DNA of 64,000 nucleotides from Octopus sinensis (GCF_006345805.1 NC_043015.1:44268001-44332000), one strand, 5' to 3'. Counted from the stretch's first letter, positions 12,465 to 25,347 are shown. The notes: generated from the letters alone by a model not told the origin. Numbers and translations: made by a program.

Positions 12465-13422
12465 GAGAGAGAGAGAGGGAAGAAACGGAAGAATTGAATC
12501 TGAAGGTGATTATCTGTGTCCCGAGCAACAATTATGCAGTAGAGCAGTATGTCAGATATAAAATAAATAAATAAATGAATAAATAAAAATAAACCCCCCT
12601 GAGTCCTATCAAAACTCACCAGTAAGAGATTGTCGAGAGTTACAAAGAAATACTGTTTGCGACTAGGTTGTTGAAGTCGACGGATATATTCGCACTTTAA
12701 GACAGAAGAAAAAATCAATGTTATAGCTTTCGTGACTTCTTAAATGAAATTGCTTCTGTTGCATGACATGGTCTGAAATCAAGTCATGTGATAAACAAAT
12801 AAATACCCAAGTGATTAGCCTCGTCATACGACAAAGAAGGGAATATCCTGACTTAATGAAAAACCTTTTAAATGGGGGCACAACGAAAGCAGTTTTAGTG
12901 GGGGAAGGGATACAGGGATTAAATCGGCATAAGTGATTGACAAGATTTCTTTGTTTCATTGGCCCCGGAAGGACGAAAGAAAAAGTTAGCTTTGGTGGAC
13001 TTTGAACAGACGTCGTAAAGGACTGGATGAAATGTGTCTAAGCATTATGCTTGACTCACTCCTTGTGAGGTTTAGTAAAATATGCCAAAAGTTACTTTCT
13101 GTTAACGACAAGCTGTAAGGAACATCTACAGCTATTCAAGTTCTCTTTTATTTCTCTTTTACTTGTTTCAGTCATTTGACTGCGGCCATGCTGGAGCACC
13201 GCCTTTAGTCGAGTAAATCGACCCCAGGACTTATTCTTTGTAAGCCTAGTACTTATTCTATCGGTCTCTTTTGCAGAACCGCTAAGTTACGGGGACGTAA
13301 ACACCAGCATCGGTTGTCAAGCGATGTTGGAGTGACAAACACAGACACACAAACATACACACACACACACAACACACACACACACACACCACACACACAC
13401 ACACACACAACACACACACACA

Positions 13423-13453
<31 letters not shown>

Positions 13454-14374
13454 CATAATATATATATATATATATATATATATCGAGAGAGAGAGAGAGG
13501 GAAGAAACGGAAGAATTGAATCTGAAGGTGATTATCTGTGTCCCGAGCAACAATTATGCAGTAGAGCAGTATGTCAGATATAAAATAAATAAATAAATGA
13601 ATAAATAAAAATAAACCCCCCTGAGTCCTATCAAAACTCACCAGTAAGAGATTGTCGAGAGTTACAAAGAAATACTGTTTGCGACTAGGTTGTTGAAGTC
13701 GACGGATATATTCGCACTTTAAGACAGAAGAAAAAATCAATGTTATAGCTTTCGTGACTTCTTAAATGAAATTGCTTCTGTTGCATGACATGGTCTGAAA
13801 TCAAGTCATGTGATAAACAAATAAATACCCAAGTGATTAGCCTCGTCATACGACAAAGAAGGGAATATCCTGACTTAATGAAAAACCTTTTAAATGGGGG
13901 CACAACGAAAGCAGTTTTAGTGGGGGAAGGGATACAGGGATTAAATCGGCATAAGTGATTGACAAGATTTCTTTGTTTCATTGGCCCCGGAAGGACGAAA
14001 GAAAAAGTTAGCTTTGGTGGACTTTGAACAGACGTCGTAAAGGACTGGATGAAATGTGTCTAAGCATTATGCTTGACTCACTCCTTGTGAGGTTTAGTAA
14101 AATATGCCAAAAGTTACTTTCTGTTAACGACAAGCTGTAAGGAACATCTACAGCTATTCAAGTTCTCTTTTATTTCTCTTTTACTTGTTTCAGTCATTTG
14201 ACTGCGGCCATGCTGGAGCACCGCCTTTAGTCGAGTAAATCGACCCCAGGACTTATTCTTTGTAAGCCTAGTACTTATTCTATCGGTCTCTTTTGCAGAA
14301 CCGCTAAGTTACGGGGACGTAAACACCAGCATCGGTTGTCAAGCGATGTTGGAGTGACAAACACAGACACACAA

Positions 14375-14392
<18 letters not shown>
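12440..14392. repeat. Tandem duplication of ~930 bp at 1022-bp period (about 12440-13370 and 13462-14392)
   Basis: cgagagagagagag(ag)ggaagaaacgg begins at 12462 and 13484; no substitutions found by eye through to the (CA)n tract; the ORF track lists an identical 98-aa translation at 12663 and 13685. Confidence 0.95.
13143..13357 (-). mobile_element. SINE family B 3' half (inside duplicate 1)
   Basis: ctcttttacttgtttcagtcatttgactgcggccatgctggagcaccgcc...gtgacaaacacagacacac. Confidence 0.9.
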
Positions 14393-14412
<20 letters not shown>

Positions 14413-14415
14413 ACA

Positions 14416-14482
<67 letters not shown>

Positions 14483-14645
14483 GACGAGCCTCTTTCAGTT
14501 TCCGTCTATCAAATCCACTCACAAAGCTTTGGTCAGCCCGAGGCTATAGTAGAAGACACTTGCCCAAGGTGCCACACAGTGGGACTGAACCCGGAAGCAT
14601 GTGGTTGGTAAGCAAGCTACTTACTGCACAGTCACTTCTACGCCT
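14163..14645 (-). mobile_element. SINE family B, full length with internal (CA)n(TA)n
   Basis: Tail 14163-14375, microsatellite, then head/CORE 14480-14645. Confidence 0.9.
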
Positions 14646-15474
14646 AAAAGTTATGACCTTTTGGAGAAGCAGCTGTATCAGATTTATTTACCTTAAGATT
14701 TTCATATCCTGAACATGTTTATAACTTTGGAGTGGATGTTCTAATCCTTATTATTTAGTACCAGGCCAACCCTGACCGAGCAGACATGAAATCTAACAAT
14801 TTAGATATATATTTTTGAACATACACATCATTCTAACACTTTGCATTCGGAGCAGCAATGGGACGTATATAGAATTTCAGGTCTTGTCATGTTTGACAGA
14901 GCTACAGTAAGTTATTAGCAAGTTATATGCAATGTGTATGGAAAAGATGATGTAATCTCACGAGCTGTTAGGGTTTGGCAAATTTATATTCATAGGTTGA
15001 TCTGGGTTGAACAGAAGTCAATGGGCTTTTAGTATGATGTGTAAGTAGTGTACATGGACGTTGTCAATGCATTTGCGTGTATCGGACTGATTGCACATAT
15101 CAATTTGATATAGTGTAATTTAAACTGCATTATAGATTATAGCGTAGATTATTTTGAAGTAACAACTTGCGATATCTTCATTTTCAGGATTCTATCGATG
15201 TGCAGTGTGTGTGGCGATGCACCATTTCGGGCCAGTTTAATTTTATTGTGATTTATAGCGAAGAGATTGGCACCCACTGGAAGGCCATGATCCTTAATGG
15301 AGCCGTTGATTTTATACTAGTCCTGTTTTAAGCCTATCCCTTATTGTTGACGAATCGTAGCACCAGCCAGTGTTCTAAGTATGTTTGGATATCTTTTTTT
15401 CCTTTACATTTGCTGTTAGTGTTGTAGATCTTATATCAATATTAGTATTGTTGTTTAATGTATAAGTATTATAG

Positions 15475-15672
15475 CTTTCAAGTTTTGGCAGAAGGCCAGC
15501 AAATTTGGAGGAGGGATACGCGGTTTATATCACCCCCAGTGCTCAGCTGGTGCTTATTTTATCGAATCCAGAAAGGGATGAAAGACAAAATCGACCTCAG
15601 CGAAATTTGTATTCGGATCGCGAAGACGGACGAAATCCTTCTAAGCATTCTTTCCGCCGTGCTAACAATTCT
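15475..15672 (-). mobile_element. SINE family A' (A-type head and body, alternative tail), decayed
   Basis: ggatgaaagacaaaatcgacctcagcgaaatttg...ctaagcatt...gtgctaacaattct, with tail ttttggcagaaggcc. Confidence 0.7.
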
Positions 15673-16063
15673 TATTTCTTTACTGCTCACAAGGAGCTAC
15701 ACACAGAGGGGATAAACAAGGACAGACAAACGGATTAAGTTGATTATGTCGATCCCAGTACGTAACTGGTACTTATTTAATCGACCCCGAATGGATGAAA
15801 GGCAAAGTCGACCTCGGCGGAATTTGAACTCAGAACGTAACGGCTGACGAAATACCTATTTCTTTTCTACACACAAAGGGCTAAACACAGAGTGGACAAA
15901 TAAGGACAGACAAACGAGACCCCAGTGCGTAACTGGTACTTATTTAACCGACCCCGAAAGGATGAAAGGCAAAGTCAACCTTGACAAAATATGAACTAAC
16001 GTAGCGGCAGACGAAATACCGCTAAGCATTTCGCCCGGCGTGCTAACGATTCTGCCAGCTCGC
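15673..16063 (-). mobile_element. SINE family A dimer (same junction as at 545/546)
   Basis: Junction gacgaaatacct|atttcttt at 15857/15858; head gcatttcgcccggcgtgctaacgattctgccagctcgc. Confidence 0.88.
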
Positions 16064-17202
16064 TCTCATATGTATGAATAATATGACTATGCTGTTAAAA
16101 TATCATAGGGCGTATCTGATTCTCTTTTGTGTTGGTAATAAGGGAGCAGAAGATAGATTAGGTCGGTGGTAGTTTTAGTTTATTTGTTACTAACCAAACC
16201 AAATTTCTGTGTTGCTATTCAGTCCCTGGGGATTAGCTCAAATATATGGCTTTAATGTGAAGCGCATTCATTATGAAGTTGTGAGCAATCTATAGAAACC
16301 AAGATAGTTCTTATTACCATTTTAACTTCGCTTAACAAGGTGTATCTTCTGATACTGTTTCGGTCGTTTTCCTGCTTTTTTAAAATTCTTTTGTTTGGAC
16401 CTATAATTCTGAAAATTTTTATCCAGTTTCAAGATTATAATGAATTGACCGAGTTAATACGAATGGTTTTAAAATTTGTGTTAATGCCAGCTTTATCTTC
16501 AAACGTTAACACTTTCGAGTGTACACGTGCTGCTATTTTGTGAGCACCAGACGCTTTGTTTGCATCCTTGGATCTTCATACCACTTTTCAGTGAGGGGCA
16601 ATGTCACTCTCAAGCCGAAAGTTACATAACTCGCGTTAAGGATTTCAATTGTTTTTTTTTTTGGGATGTGTTCAATGGTGACTAATGTTTTTTTTTAAAA
16701 AAAAGAGCATGTGACATTTGCTTGCTTTTGGAGAAAAATGTGTTGGCGTTGTTATTACGACGTGTGACGTGGTTTGGTTGTTAAACGTGTCGATGCTGTT
16801 AGCTGTTTGTATAGTTTTAGTTTTGTTATTAATGTGAATCAATGTTTGCTAATTCTCTATTTTCCTTTGGCTAACATGTTCTGCTATAATTCTCTAAAAT
16901 TGTTTTTTTTTACAATAAATGTAATTTCTGTTGAGAGTGTTGGTCAGCATATTGCATTTGAGGTTGTGTTTGGTTTTCATCACTTTTGCTGTTAAATGTG
17001 TGATTTGGATGTTTTATGATTATGTGTTGGAATTTTCCACAAACGTCAATAGACGTCAATAGAATGTGGGTTGCAGTGTCTACTCTGTTATAGTAATATT
17101 TTAAAATTTACTGAAACTATAATTGCGTCTACAGGTCAAAAGTTTTAGGTTTGCTCTTTTGGAAGGGTTGAAGTTTGTCTTCATAGTGTAAATTGACGTG
17201 TA

Positions 17203-17405
17203 GTGGAGGCACATGGCCTAGTGGTTAGAGCAGCGGACTCGCGCTCGAGGGATCGCGGGTTCGAATCTCAGACCGGGCGATGTGTGTGTTTATGAGCGAA
17301 ACACCTAAGCTCCACGCGGCTCCGACAGAAGGTAATGGCAAACTTCTGCTGACTCTTTCGCCATAACATTCTCGCACTATTTTCCCCTGCATCTTGCAAC
17401 TCACG
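17203..17405 (+). mobile_element. SINE with family C-type tRNA head and a variant body (C3)
   Basis: ggaggcacatggcctagtggttagagcagcggactcgcg...ggttcgaatctcagaccgggcg...gagcgaaacacctaagctccacgcggctccg, then a diverged body. Confidence 0.8.
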
Positions 17406-18738
17406 TAAAGAGTTGTGGACTTTAAAAGATGTGTAAATGTGCGTTGACTTCATATTCTTATTATTAATCATTTGAGAGGTTCTGTGTTTCTATTTTCTCT
17501 TGTGATGCAAAGATTTTAACATTTTCTGAGTTGTATTTTTTTTGTGATTAGAGATAAAGTCTTCGAAAATTTTAGGATATCGTGCTGTATATGTGCATCT
17601 TTTTGAGGTGTGTACTGATAGGTTTCTAATTTTTTAGGTGCCTCCATTGTTTAGTAAATCCTGCTACAGTTGCGGTTCTGCACATAGTATTTCGCCTCAG
17701 GCATTATCAGCCAAATGCCATAGTTTAGACAGAATATTCTAATAGATACAAAGATCGCGTGTAGTATGACTTATGTGCCTGACCTTCACTTTAGATATTT
17801 TCTCGTTGCTTGTATAGAAGAGAACACTAACAAAATTTCATCAGTCTAACTGATAGTAGGAATTAGATGATGTAGACTGATATATGGAATTTGAGACACT
17901 GCAGTTGTAGCAAAAGGATAACAAATAGCGTGTCAAATAATGATGGGGTCCGGATTTAGAAGCTGAGGTGAGGAGAGAATGTCTATTTTTAATATATTTT
18001 CAATAATAGTTTTAGTAGTTTATAGAGACAAAATAAACTTTCAAGGAAGTGGTCACTTTTGGTTTAGAATTTGTGTGTACATAACACGTGAAGAAATCTA
18101 AATAACTGAGGACGAATTGGAGTTCTTATTGAGTTGAACTAATGTTTTGCTGCTCCTCAAACGAAACCTGACTTTTATGAGGTACACGACTACACGAAGA
18201 AACTATAAACAACTAACCTAATTTTTTTAGAATTAAATTTTGTATTAAAATTTTATTTCACATTTAGTTCTATGGCTTCGCAAGTTTTAGGCCTAATGAT
18301 TTTCCCATATATATATACCATCGCGGTTTCCACAATGCAACTCTTTCATAATACTGCGAGTAGATTTAATGTCAAGGAACATAAAAATATTTTATAAATA
18401 AGTGAAAAAAAGTCGTTTTAGAATATGACATTAATAATTTAACTTCACAACGCTGAGAATATTACGAAGTAATGAAAGAATTTAAGAAAAATCCTGTATT
18501 GACCCATAAATGTTTTCTTTGATATGTTTGGCTTAAAGGCAACTACTACTGAACCATAAATTCCAATGTTCGCAAACTTCCTTTTATTTCCACTACCCTT
18601 TCTTTTTGCTAGAACATAAAATGTCAGACATATAAAACCTCACCTTGGTCATAAACTGTCACTATATACGGCTTTAACCTGATCATAAAATATAATTTCG
18701 TTTCAATTTGCTTAAACAGCAATTCTATAGTATTGATA

Positions 18739-19115
18739 GTGGAGGCGCAATGACCCAGTGGTTAGGGCAGCGGTCGTAGGATCGCGGTTTCGATTCCCAG
18801 ACCGGGCGTTGTGAGTGTTTATTGAGCGAAAACCACTAAAAAGCTCCACGAGGCTCCGGCAGGGTGGTTGTGGTGATCCCTGCTGTACTCTTTCACCACA
18901 ACTTTCTCTCACTCTTACTTCCTGTTTCTCTTGTACATGTATTTCAAAAGGCCGGCCTTATCACTCTCTGTGTCACGCTGAATATCCCCGAGAACTACGT
19001 TAAGGGTACACGTGTCTGTGGAGTGCTCAGCCACTTACACGTTAATTTCACGAGCAAGCTGTTCCGTTGATCGGATCAACCGGAACCCTCGTCGTCGTAA
19101 CCGACGGAGTGCTCC
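18739..19115 (+). mobile_element. SINE family C, near full length
   Basis: Same head, body and gtaaccgacggagtgc tail as 9992-10383; small deletion in the head. Confidence 0.92.
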
Positions 19116-19402
19116 CTGGATAACGTTGGTTTAAATGGCGTATATTTTCCTAGACTTGAACAGCAAGTTCAAATTCTCACATCACAGCTCTCTGATTATT
19201 TCTTATCGTTGTCGCTGCTGTTGTAGTTTATCGCAGGTCAACGATGATTGAGAAAGGAATGTGACCATAAATAATCCTTCAATCTTTGAACTTCTCTGCA
19301 TTAAGATCTGAAACGTAAGATCTCTACCCTGCTGATGGAAGGTCGTCTCATCCAAAGTCGATTGTATCCAACGACCACATATTGAGATGAATTATATCTA
19401 CC

Positions 19403-19790
19403 TTAGGAAGCACTCCGTCGGTTACGACGATGAAGGTTCCGGTTGATCTGAATCAACGGAACAGCCTGCTCGTGAAATTAACGTGTAAGTGACTGAGCAC
19501 TCCACAGACACGTGCACCCTTAACGTAGTTCTCGGGGATATTCAGCGTGACACAGAGAGTGACAAGGCCGGCTCTTTGTAATACAGGTACAACAGAAACA
19601 TTAAGTAAGAGTGAGAGAAAGTTGTGGTGAAAGAGTACAGCAGGGATCACCAACACCCCCTGCCGGAGCCTCGTGGAGATTTTAGGTGTTTTCGCTCAAT
19701 AAACTCTCACAACGCCCGGTCTGGGAATCGAAACCGCGATCCTATGACCGCGAGTCCGCTGCTCTAACCACTGGGCCATTGCGCCTCCAC
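19403..19790 (-). mobile_element. SINE family C, full length with 10-bp TSD
   Basis: tatatctacc at 19393-19402 and 19791-19800. Confidence 0.92.
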
Positions 19791-20039
19791 TATATCTACC
19801 AACATTATTGTGGATCTCTGAGCCACCAGAAACAACTGTTGGACGTATACCCTTCATTCTACACCTTTAAGTTTTCCTGTCGTTTGTCCTCTGCATAGGT
19901 TGAACCTATAAATATAAATATCTACATATTCATTCTTAAAAGTTCATCATATGAAAGTCTCCACTTTTTTGCGTGTATACATAAATACGTATTTTGTATT
20001 TCATATCCAAACTATTATATTTAATATATATCATAAAAG

Positions 20040-20270
20040 GGCGGTGAGCTGGCAGAATCGTTAGCACGCCGGGCGAAAATGCTTAGCGATATTTCGTCTG
20101 CCGCTACGTTCTGAGTTCAAATTCCGATGAGGTCGACTTTGCCTTTTATCCTTTCGGGATCGATTAAATAAATACCAGTTATGCACTGGAGTCGATGTAA
20201 TCGACTTAATCCCTTTGTCTATCCTTGTTTGTCCTCTCTATATTTAGCTCCCTGTGTGCAATAAAGAAAT
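20040..20270 (+). mobile_element. SINE family A monomer
   Basis: ggcggtgagctggcagaatcgttagcacgccgggcg...gttctgagttcaaattcc...gcaataaagaaat. Confidence 0.9.
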
Positions 20271-20449
20271 ATATATTTAATACAATTTAGTACCTAAATG
20301 TTTATCTGCATAATTGCCTCTTTATCCACTCAACTTGATCGCTCTTATAACCATTCTTTATCGTAGGGAATCGAGGCCTGAGGCATCGGAATCTACGTTT
20401 GAATCTTTTGAGCACTACTAAGTGTCTTCTATACTGAAAGGGTATCTTT

Positions 20450-20747
20450 TGGGGGAAGGGTATCTTTTTTTCTTCAGAAATGTAAATAAAACCAGTCTAT
20501 TACTTAAACGGGGGACATATTCATACAACACAGAATGTTTTCACCTCAATAGACGTCAGTGATTGGTGGAAATTGCAGAAATTGAAGAAAAACAACAACA
20601 AATTTCTTATAAACTATAGAATTTTTTCAATAAAACCACAAAAAATTGATGTTTTATAAACGCATTCTACCAGTATACGAAGTTTAAAAGTGTTTAGTTA
20701 CGTGGAAATTATTTAAAAAAACTGCCGGTCAAACCGAAAAGATCCCG
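20450..20747. mobile_element. Probable one-ended fragment of a MITE/non-autonomous DNA transposon
   Basis: Ends in aaaaaactgccggtcaaaccgaaaagatccc, which I recall as a terminal inverted repeat of a common cephalopod repeat; partner end not found. Confidence 0.35.
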
Positions 20748-21534
20748 TTTCTATGTAGCTGCGCGTTGTTTGCTACTGATAAGACATTCGCTTTTACTGT
20801 CTCTTGAAGAGCGATAGTTCTTGTTCATAAAAAAAAACAGTATTTAGTGAATTTACTGATGTACGTAAAGCTTAGTCAAGCCGGAATTAAATAAGTAGAA
20901 TCAAACGAAACATCGTAGAAACAAATATTCTCACACAGGTACAACAACGACATTTAACACACACGTGTACACCTGTACGCGGTATCGCCTTTCATTGTGG
21001 AAATATTTCCGGAACAAAAATCTCCTCATGAAATACATTGAGTGTTCGTGGAAAAATTAGTTTACTATTTCTAAAGGACTGAACAACTATGCTCCGTGTT
21101 CATTCGATAGAGATCCTACATTTCCGTTGCTTTGTAAAAATAGGCTTCGTTCCAGTGAATATTTTTATGGCAAATATAAATATAACTATTGAAATTAATT
21201 CCATTCACAAAAGTGTTAATATTGATAACTGATATAATTTTAGCAGGAAATGAACACTAAAAATAAAATTAGTTTCTCAGGAATTCACTTCAAAATTGTA
21301 GTGCAAACAACACCATTTCGTATTTACGGAAAATGTGCATGTGAGGCAATTCATCTGTTTGATCCTTGAGGTATAATTTGAAAATCTTATTTTTGTATAA
21401 CGTTGATTCTATTCTTATTGAAACCATCTCTAAACAAATGTTGTTCATCGGAAGATAAGGTTTGACACATATCTCCCACTATGCTATTTCGTGTTATCAT
21501 TATTATTATTATTATTGTCATTTTTATTGTATTT

Positions 21535-21745
21535 TTTTTATTTATATTCGTGTAACATCGTCTGTTTTTCCGTCCTTGTTTTCGTATACATTCGATGCTT
21601 TTTTCCCAAGGAATCTAATGCGCTTAGCTTAGGTTGTCCTTGGGGCTGGCCAGATTGGAGCAATCTCAAGATTAGTCAACCGAAATTGCGATGAAGATCC
21701 GGTTTTAGACTGAAGATAAAAGGCTTCGAATGACCCGTCCTTGTT
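21535..21745 (+). mobile_element. Possible Penelope-like element tail, decayed
   Basis: cgtctgtttttccgtccttgttttcgtatacattcg...gactgaagataaaaggcttcgaatgacc (CTGAAGA...GAA remnant); family assignment is inference. Confidence 0.3.
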
Positions 21746-21940
21746 AATCCGTTTGTCTGTCCTTCTTTGTCCTCTCTGTGTTTAGTCTTTACGTTCTGAG
21801 TTCAAATTCCGCCAAGGTCGACTTTGCCTTTCATCCTATCGGGGTCGATAAATTAAGTACTAGTTGCGTACTGGAGTCGATATAATCTAATCGCCCCTTC
21901 CCCCAAAATTTGGGGCCTTCTGCCTAGAGTAGAAAAGAAT
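21745..21940 (+). mobile_element. SINE A tail fragment fused to an A' body and tail
   Basis: aatccgtttgtctgtcc...tttag, then tacgttctgagttcaaattccgccaaggtcgactttgcctttcatcc...ccccttcccccaaaatttggggcc...agtagaaaagaat. Confidence 0.8.
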
Positions 21941-23744
21941 ACACATGTGTTTTCCGGGGATTTTAAGGAATAACAATAGGCGCAAAATTCCTATATGTTG
22001 GAATTAGAAGATAGATGACAGTAGTGACGCTAATGCCCTCCCTAAAGGTTAGAAATTAACAATAGGCTCAAAATTCCTATATATTGAAATTATAGGAGGA
22101 GAGGTGGCTATGCTCGAATTTATCTAGGATGCCGAGGAATAACAACAATGAAATCCCTCCGATTGGAAATCGAAAACCTAATCAGGATTTGACTCTCTGA
22201 GGCATTATCTCGACAATTCAGCTCCGAACATATTGTTTGTCAAAGGTCGATACTCACAAAATTAACTTATAAATTTCTTTAAAACACGCAAGCAGAGTGA
22301 ATTCGATATCACCTCTTGTGAAAACGAAACAATGATATCCTGTCAATTTATCAAAAGCAAATCTCAGAATTAAAAAAAAATAGGATAAAATTAATAAAAA
22401 AAAGGAAATAATTGGACGGTTCTCTTTCCGTGTAGAATGTATTTCTCATAAAAGCAAGTTAAAGTTCTTGAATATTTATTTTAGTTGAATATATTGATTT
22501 ATTTGCGTTATCGTTCATTAAAGTTATCGATTTGATTTTTCTCCTCCTACGAATGAGAGTGAAATGAAAAATATCCTCTGCAACTTGTACGGTATTTTCA
22601 TGTTTTTATTTCCATTTCTAATTGTAGTTTATGCTGTAGTTGTTGGTGTTGTTGGTGTTGTACTCTTGCTTCCTGTTTTCTCCATTTTAATTGTTTATTT
22701 TAGTAAAGCAGTGATATTTTCGTTGGATAAAATGCACTTTCTAATTATAATGCATTACAAATATTTCACATAATTAGTTGTGTATTGGACAGCGAAACCG
22801 AAGTAGTTCTGATGTAGCTGTCAAACTATGATCAAACAGAAAGCTATCTTGTTTGATAACGTAAAAGTAAAACAAATACGCACTAAAACGCCAGAGAAAT
22901 CGAAAGAGATAATAAAATAAACATTAAAACGTCATATTTTAAAACTAATTTAAAACGCCTAAAATCCATCAATTCAATGGTATATTGTCATTAAAATTGT
23001 AATTGTTCTTCAAAGCAATCAACGACCACCAGGTTAAAAAAAAAGTCTTCCTCTTACAAACCATGCAATCAGTAGACAGAGAAACTTCCTACAGGCCTCT
23101 TTCTATTGTTAAAAGCAAATGGATATATTACTGTGGACACCAAATGAAATGCAATCACCGCTAAACTTTTATAGACTCCTGAAATTGAAGAGGCTGTATG
23201 CTTGATAAGAGAATTGACATCCGGGGCCTCAAATATATCACTTAGCATAAATGGCTCGAGACACAAATCTAATCTAGAAAACGTGAATATTAGAGTAACC
23301 AGTGTCTAGCATTGAACTTCATTTCTCATGGGTATTTGAGATTAAGTATTATTCAATGCTATAAAGTAAAACATGAAATTTACGAGTCATTTCTTTATAT
23401 CTGTTGCAATCTTTATATCTATTGCTATCCTCAGCTTGCATTTATGCCTTAGTAAGACTGCTTATACAGCCATACAAATTCTAGTCACCATGCACAGACT
23501 CTCACACATACACACTTAAGGGTACAATCATACACTGATAAAGATGCGCACAAACATATCTACACACAACTCTGCAATTGTAAACATAATAATAAATATA
23601 TATATTTATATTTAGCTGATGCAACAGAGTGACTAAATGTCCGAGAATTCCTCCGTGCGGTTGGCGCTTATCAAACCTTATATAATATATATATGCTCAT
23701 ATATTTCGAGTTCTACTTTTCCTGTTTGTACAACATACATACAT

Positions 23745-23797
<53 letters not shown>

Positions 23798-23803
23798 TAT
23801 GTA

Positions 23804-24197
23804 CTAGCAGTATCGCCCGGCGTTTCTCGGGTTTGTAAGGGATATAACTATATAAGCATTCTTAGAGATGCAAAGTATAATAGCCATCTCAATATGGCTA
23901 ACCACAAAGGGGGGTGTTACTGTAGCTTTTTACGTTCTGAGATTTAGTAATACATTTTTAGAGAGTTACTTCCCTTATATAATAGCCAAAAATGCATTAA
24001 AAATAGGAAAAAATGATGCTAATTTTTTTTTTTAATCATAGACTCATCGTAGACGCGCACTAATACCCAGAAGGGCTCGATATGAATCACGACTATAAGA
24101 TACCCGCTTTTGGTTACACTGCACCGCAAAATGTGGGAGTAGGTAGGAATCTAAATCGTAGCAGACAGACACACAACTTTAGTTTTATATATAAAGA
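23804..24197 (-). mobile_element. Non-autonomous Helitron (~394 bp)
   Basis: Minus strand: A|TCTTTATATAT... 5' end; 3' end cccgagaaacgccggg hairpin followed by cgatactgCTAG|T; sits between A and T. Confidence 0.8.
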
Positions 24198-24213
24198 TAT
24201 ATTATATATATTA

Positions 24214-24236
24214 CTAGCACTATGACCCGGCAACGC
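24214..24236 (-). mobile_element. Isolated 3' terminus of a second Helitron
   Basis: actagcactatgacccggcaacgc resembles the end at 23803-23822 (actagcagtatcgcccggcg). Confidence 0.55.
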
Positions 24237-24280
24237 ACACGCACACATACTCATATATATGTGTGTGTGTTTGCACAAGG

Positions 24281-24360
<80 letters not shown>

Positions 24361-24698
24361 AATTACAAAACCTAGCACTCTGGAGCCTACCCAGCTGTAT
24401 ATATAGCACAGAATCAATCATCTTGCTACAGTCAAAAATTGTGAAGCATGACTATCAACACTACTACATGAACCCGAAGATTGCAGAATTCAATGCATGA
24501 AAGTACTAGTTCAATCAGAATGAACATTTAACATTCTACTATTTCATTTTATTTTATTCAATTATAATATATTATCTTATAATATATCATTATAAGATTA
24601 TAATATATCATTATAAGATTGTAAATAAAACGTGAAAATCAGACAAGGTTGGAATTCCTTTTATTAATATATTCTTCTATACACAATCACACACACCC

Positions 24699-24792
<94 letters not shown>

Positions 24793-24797
24793 CATAA

Positions 24798-25347
24798 TAT
24801 AAAATAAAATACGTTCTGTCTATCTGTGTGTGTTTCTTCTAGGATCTCGGGCATCCTTCAACCGATTGCGCTCAAATTTGATATGTAGATACCGACGGTA
24901 TCAGGGCGTGTATAAGCCTTGAAAACATTACAAAAATCGATTCCAGGTGGGAATGTGATCGATAAAGCCTTTTTTGTCCTACTTTTTTTCTCTCAACCTG
25001 TACATAACTGCACCTTCCATTTTTTGATGTTTTTGTACTGCTTAATGACACGTTTCTTTCCTGCCAGTCTTACTGTTTAAACCATGTTTGTTTTCTCCCA
25101 GACAACAGTCTTATCATTACTGGTACTTTAAACTCTTCGCTTGCATATTTGTGTGAATAAAATCGGTTTTTTTTAATAGAAAAAAGTGTATCTTTATTTC
25201 TTCCTTTGCTGGTGTCTCAAATTTAGGTTATATCAGTGTTTCTCAAAGAGGACGCCTATGGGACGGTCAGACAAGTTAATATGAGAAAATTTGGTTTAAA
25301 TGTTTGACAACTCAGCACCGTCCACTGGACGGGGTGCGTTTTGCTCG
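24798..25347 (+). mobile_element. Probable non-autonomous Helitron with decayed ends
   Basis: atataaaataaaatacgttctgtctatctgtgtg...aaccgattgcgctcaaatttg typical of short Helitron 5' regions; GC-rich hairpin gcaccgtccactggacggggtgc (25315-25337) followed 6 nt later by CTCG|T (CTAG with one change). Confidence 0.45.

Noticed and set aside
15186-15260. MCSVCGDA after a ttttcag acceptor, resembling a nuclear-receptor zinc finger start
   Set aside because: The second CxxC and the HYG motif are absent and the frame stops shortly after.
16100-17900. T/G-skewed stretches that could be an old Penelope or LINE coding region on the minus strand
   Set aside because: I could not recover RT (YxDD) or endonuclease motifs by eye; translated HMM search needed.
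24575-24622. 21-bp direct repeat with an internal palindrome (atcttataat/attataagat); also the 10-bp duplication acgtcaatag near 17043
   Set aside because: Short AT-rich slippage products expected by chance.
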